Assembly (NCBI GenBank): GCA_016700375.1
Contig: CP065016.1
Coordinates: 90,001-122,000 of the forward strand
Source of the DNA: Candidatus Saccharimonadota bacterium
GTDB lineage: Bacteria > Patescibacteriota > Saccharimonadia > Saccharimonadales > UBA4665
Length of the DNA: 32,000 nucleotides
Direction of reading: 5' to 3'
The notes beneath the pieces are model-generated. The model saw only the letters and a list, made by a program, of their open reading frames with translations. It made no database searches and was not told where the DNA came from. The number at the start of each line of letters is the position of its first letter. The first letter of the stretch is position 1. The position numbers were made by a program, and so were the translations under genes. Below are positions 31,486 through 32,000 of this stretch, piece by piece.

Positions 31486-31674
31486 ATGGATATAGGCGTC
31501 GAAAAAAGTTTGAGTGGTATAGTCAGAACACATGATGTATTAAGGGGATTTGTAGGTAGTGTCTTAACTTCTATGCTCAAAGGTTACGAACTAAAATGGC
31601 CTGATTGCGTCCCCACAGGCGATAGTAATACGTACGGCTCTTTACCGGCTGAGTCCAGGGTAGAGATTACATAA
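31486..31674 (+). CDS. Small hypothetical protein (62 aa)
   Basis: ORF-track entry. It is supported only by the leaderless-type promoter geometry that recurs in this window. No motif recognised. Confidence 0.35.
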   Translation: MDIGVEKSLSGIVRTHDVLRGFVGSVLTSMLKGYELKWPDCVPTGDSNTYGSLPAESRVEIT

Positions 31675-31681
31675 ACGATAA

Positions 31682-31708
31682 GTTGGCACTCTTGACTTGA
31701 GAGTGCTA
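31682..31708. promoter_or_regulatory. CIRCE-like (HrcA operator) inverted repeat TTGGCACTC-N9-GAGTGCTAA (17/18 match to consensus)
   Basis: TTGGCACTC (31682-31690), ttgacttga (9 nt), GAGTGCTAA (31700-31708). One mismatch (A to G) in the left arm. Confidence 0.75.
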
Positions 31709-31720
31709 ATTTGGCTATAC
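31691..31720 (+). promoter_or_regulatory. Promoter nested in CIRCE: -35 TTGACT (31691-31696), 18-nt spacer, -10 TATACT (31715-31720); drives clpP
   Basis: Same architecture as the clpC promoter at 4882-4910. Confidence 0.55.
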
Positions 31721-31785
31721 TTAACAGGTAACGATTAATCCCAGGTGAAATTAATCTGGGGTCACAGTATGAAATGAGGTGAAAC

Positions 31786-32000
31786 ATGAGCGTGCTAGTC
31801 CCAACAGTTATTGAAAGTGAGGGCCGGTATGAGCGGGCTTACGATATATATAGCCGGCTACTGAAAGATAGAATTATATTCATTGGCAGCGAAATAAACG
31901 AAACGACGGCAAATCTGATTGTGGCGCAACTGCTTTTCCTACAAGCGGAAGATGCTAAGAAAGACATATTCCTCTACATAAACAGCCCGGGTGGCAGCGT
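31786..32000 (+). CDS. clpP: ATP-dependent Clp protease proteolytic subunit ClpP (5' part; runs off the window end)
   Basis: Manual translation: [71 protein letters not shown], a canonical ClpP N-terminus. SD GAGGTG at 31776-31781. Not in the ORF track because no stop lies in the window. Confidence 0.92.
   Translation, partial: MSVLVPTVIESEGRYERAYDIYSRLLKDRIIFIGSEINETTANLIVAQLLFLQAEDAKKDIFLYINSPGGS

Noticed and set aside
1-32000. Alternative genetic code (for example UGA recoding, as in some candidate phyla)
   Set aside because: Conserved genes end at TGA at the expected lengths (murT, hisS, the PLC-like gene), and no conserved protein needs read-through of a stop codon. The standard bacterial code fits.

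Overview
The window is a compact, mostly plus-strand housekeeping region from a monoderm-type bacterium. Gene content, overlapping start/stop codons and many orphan ORFs suggest a reduced-genome lineage such as Patescibacteria/Saccharibacteria; this is inference and I cannot search to confirm it.

Gene order:
- pepN (minus strand, runs off the left edge)
- HExxH orphan
- nusA
- orphan
- clpC
- membrane HExxH/coiled-coil orphan
- radA
- class A PBP (minus strand)
- tyrS
- 348-aa orphan
- murT-gatD
- DUF3800-like gene
- recG
- zinc phospholipase-C-like protein
- rsmD
- tRNA-Leu(UAG)
- EamA/DMT transporter
- SPFH/band-7 protein
- 136-aa orphan (minus strand)
- YerC/YecD (TrpR-like) regulator
- hisIE, hisG-like, hisD
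- hisS
- small membrane protein
- tig
- small ORF
- clpP (runs off the right edge)

The two edge-truncated genes (pepN, clpP) are missing from the supplied ORF track and were read directly from the sequence.

I see no transposase, integrase, CRISPR array or obvious multi-gene defence island. The unusual signals are regulatory and structural:
1. Perfect or near-perfect CIRCE (HrcA) operators overlap the promoters of both clpC and clpP.
2. A dispersed family of roughly 35-42 bp tandem arrays with 7-8 bp periodicity (CTCTTAA-like and others). They form a nearly identical promoter module upstream of tyrS and hisS, and they also sit in frame inside pepN, recG and the 5' end of gatD.
3. A recurrent extended -10 (TGnTATAAT/TATACT) placed 6-9 nt before the start codon, implying leaderless or near-leaderless mRNAs for many genes.
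4. A TrpR-like regulator next to a partial his cluster (hisIE-hisG-hisD only), whose putative promoter is embedded in a nested palindrome with AACTAGA arms.
5. A TyrRS whose class-I HIGH signature reads TVGN.

All functional calls rest on motif recognition by eye; no database searches were possible.
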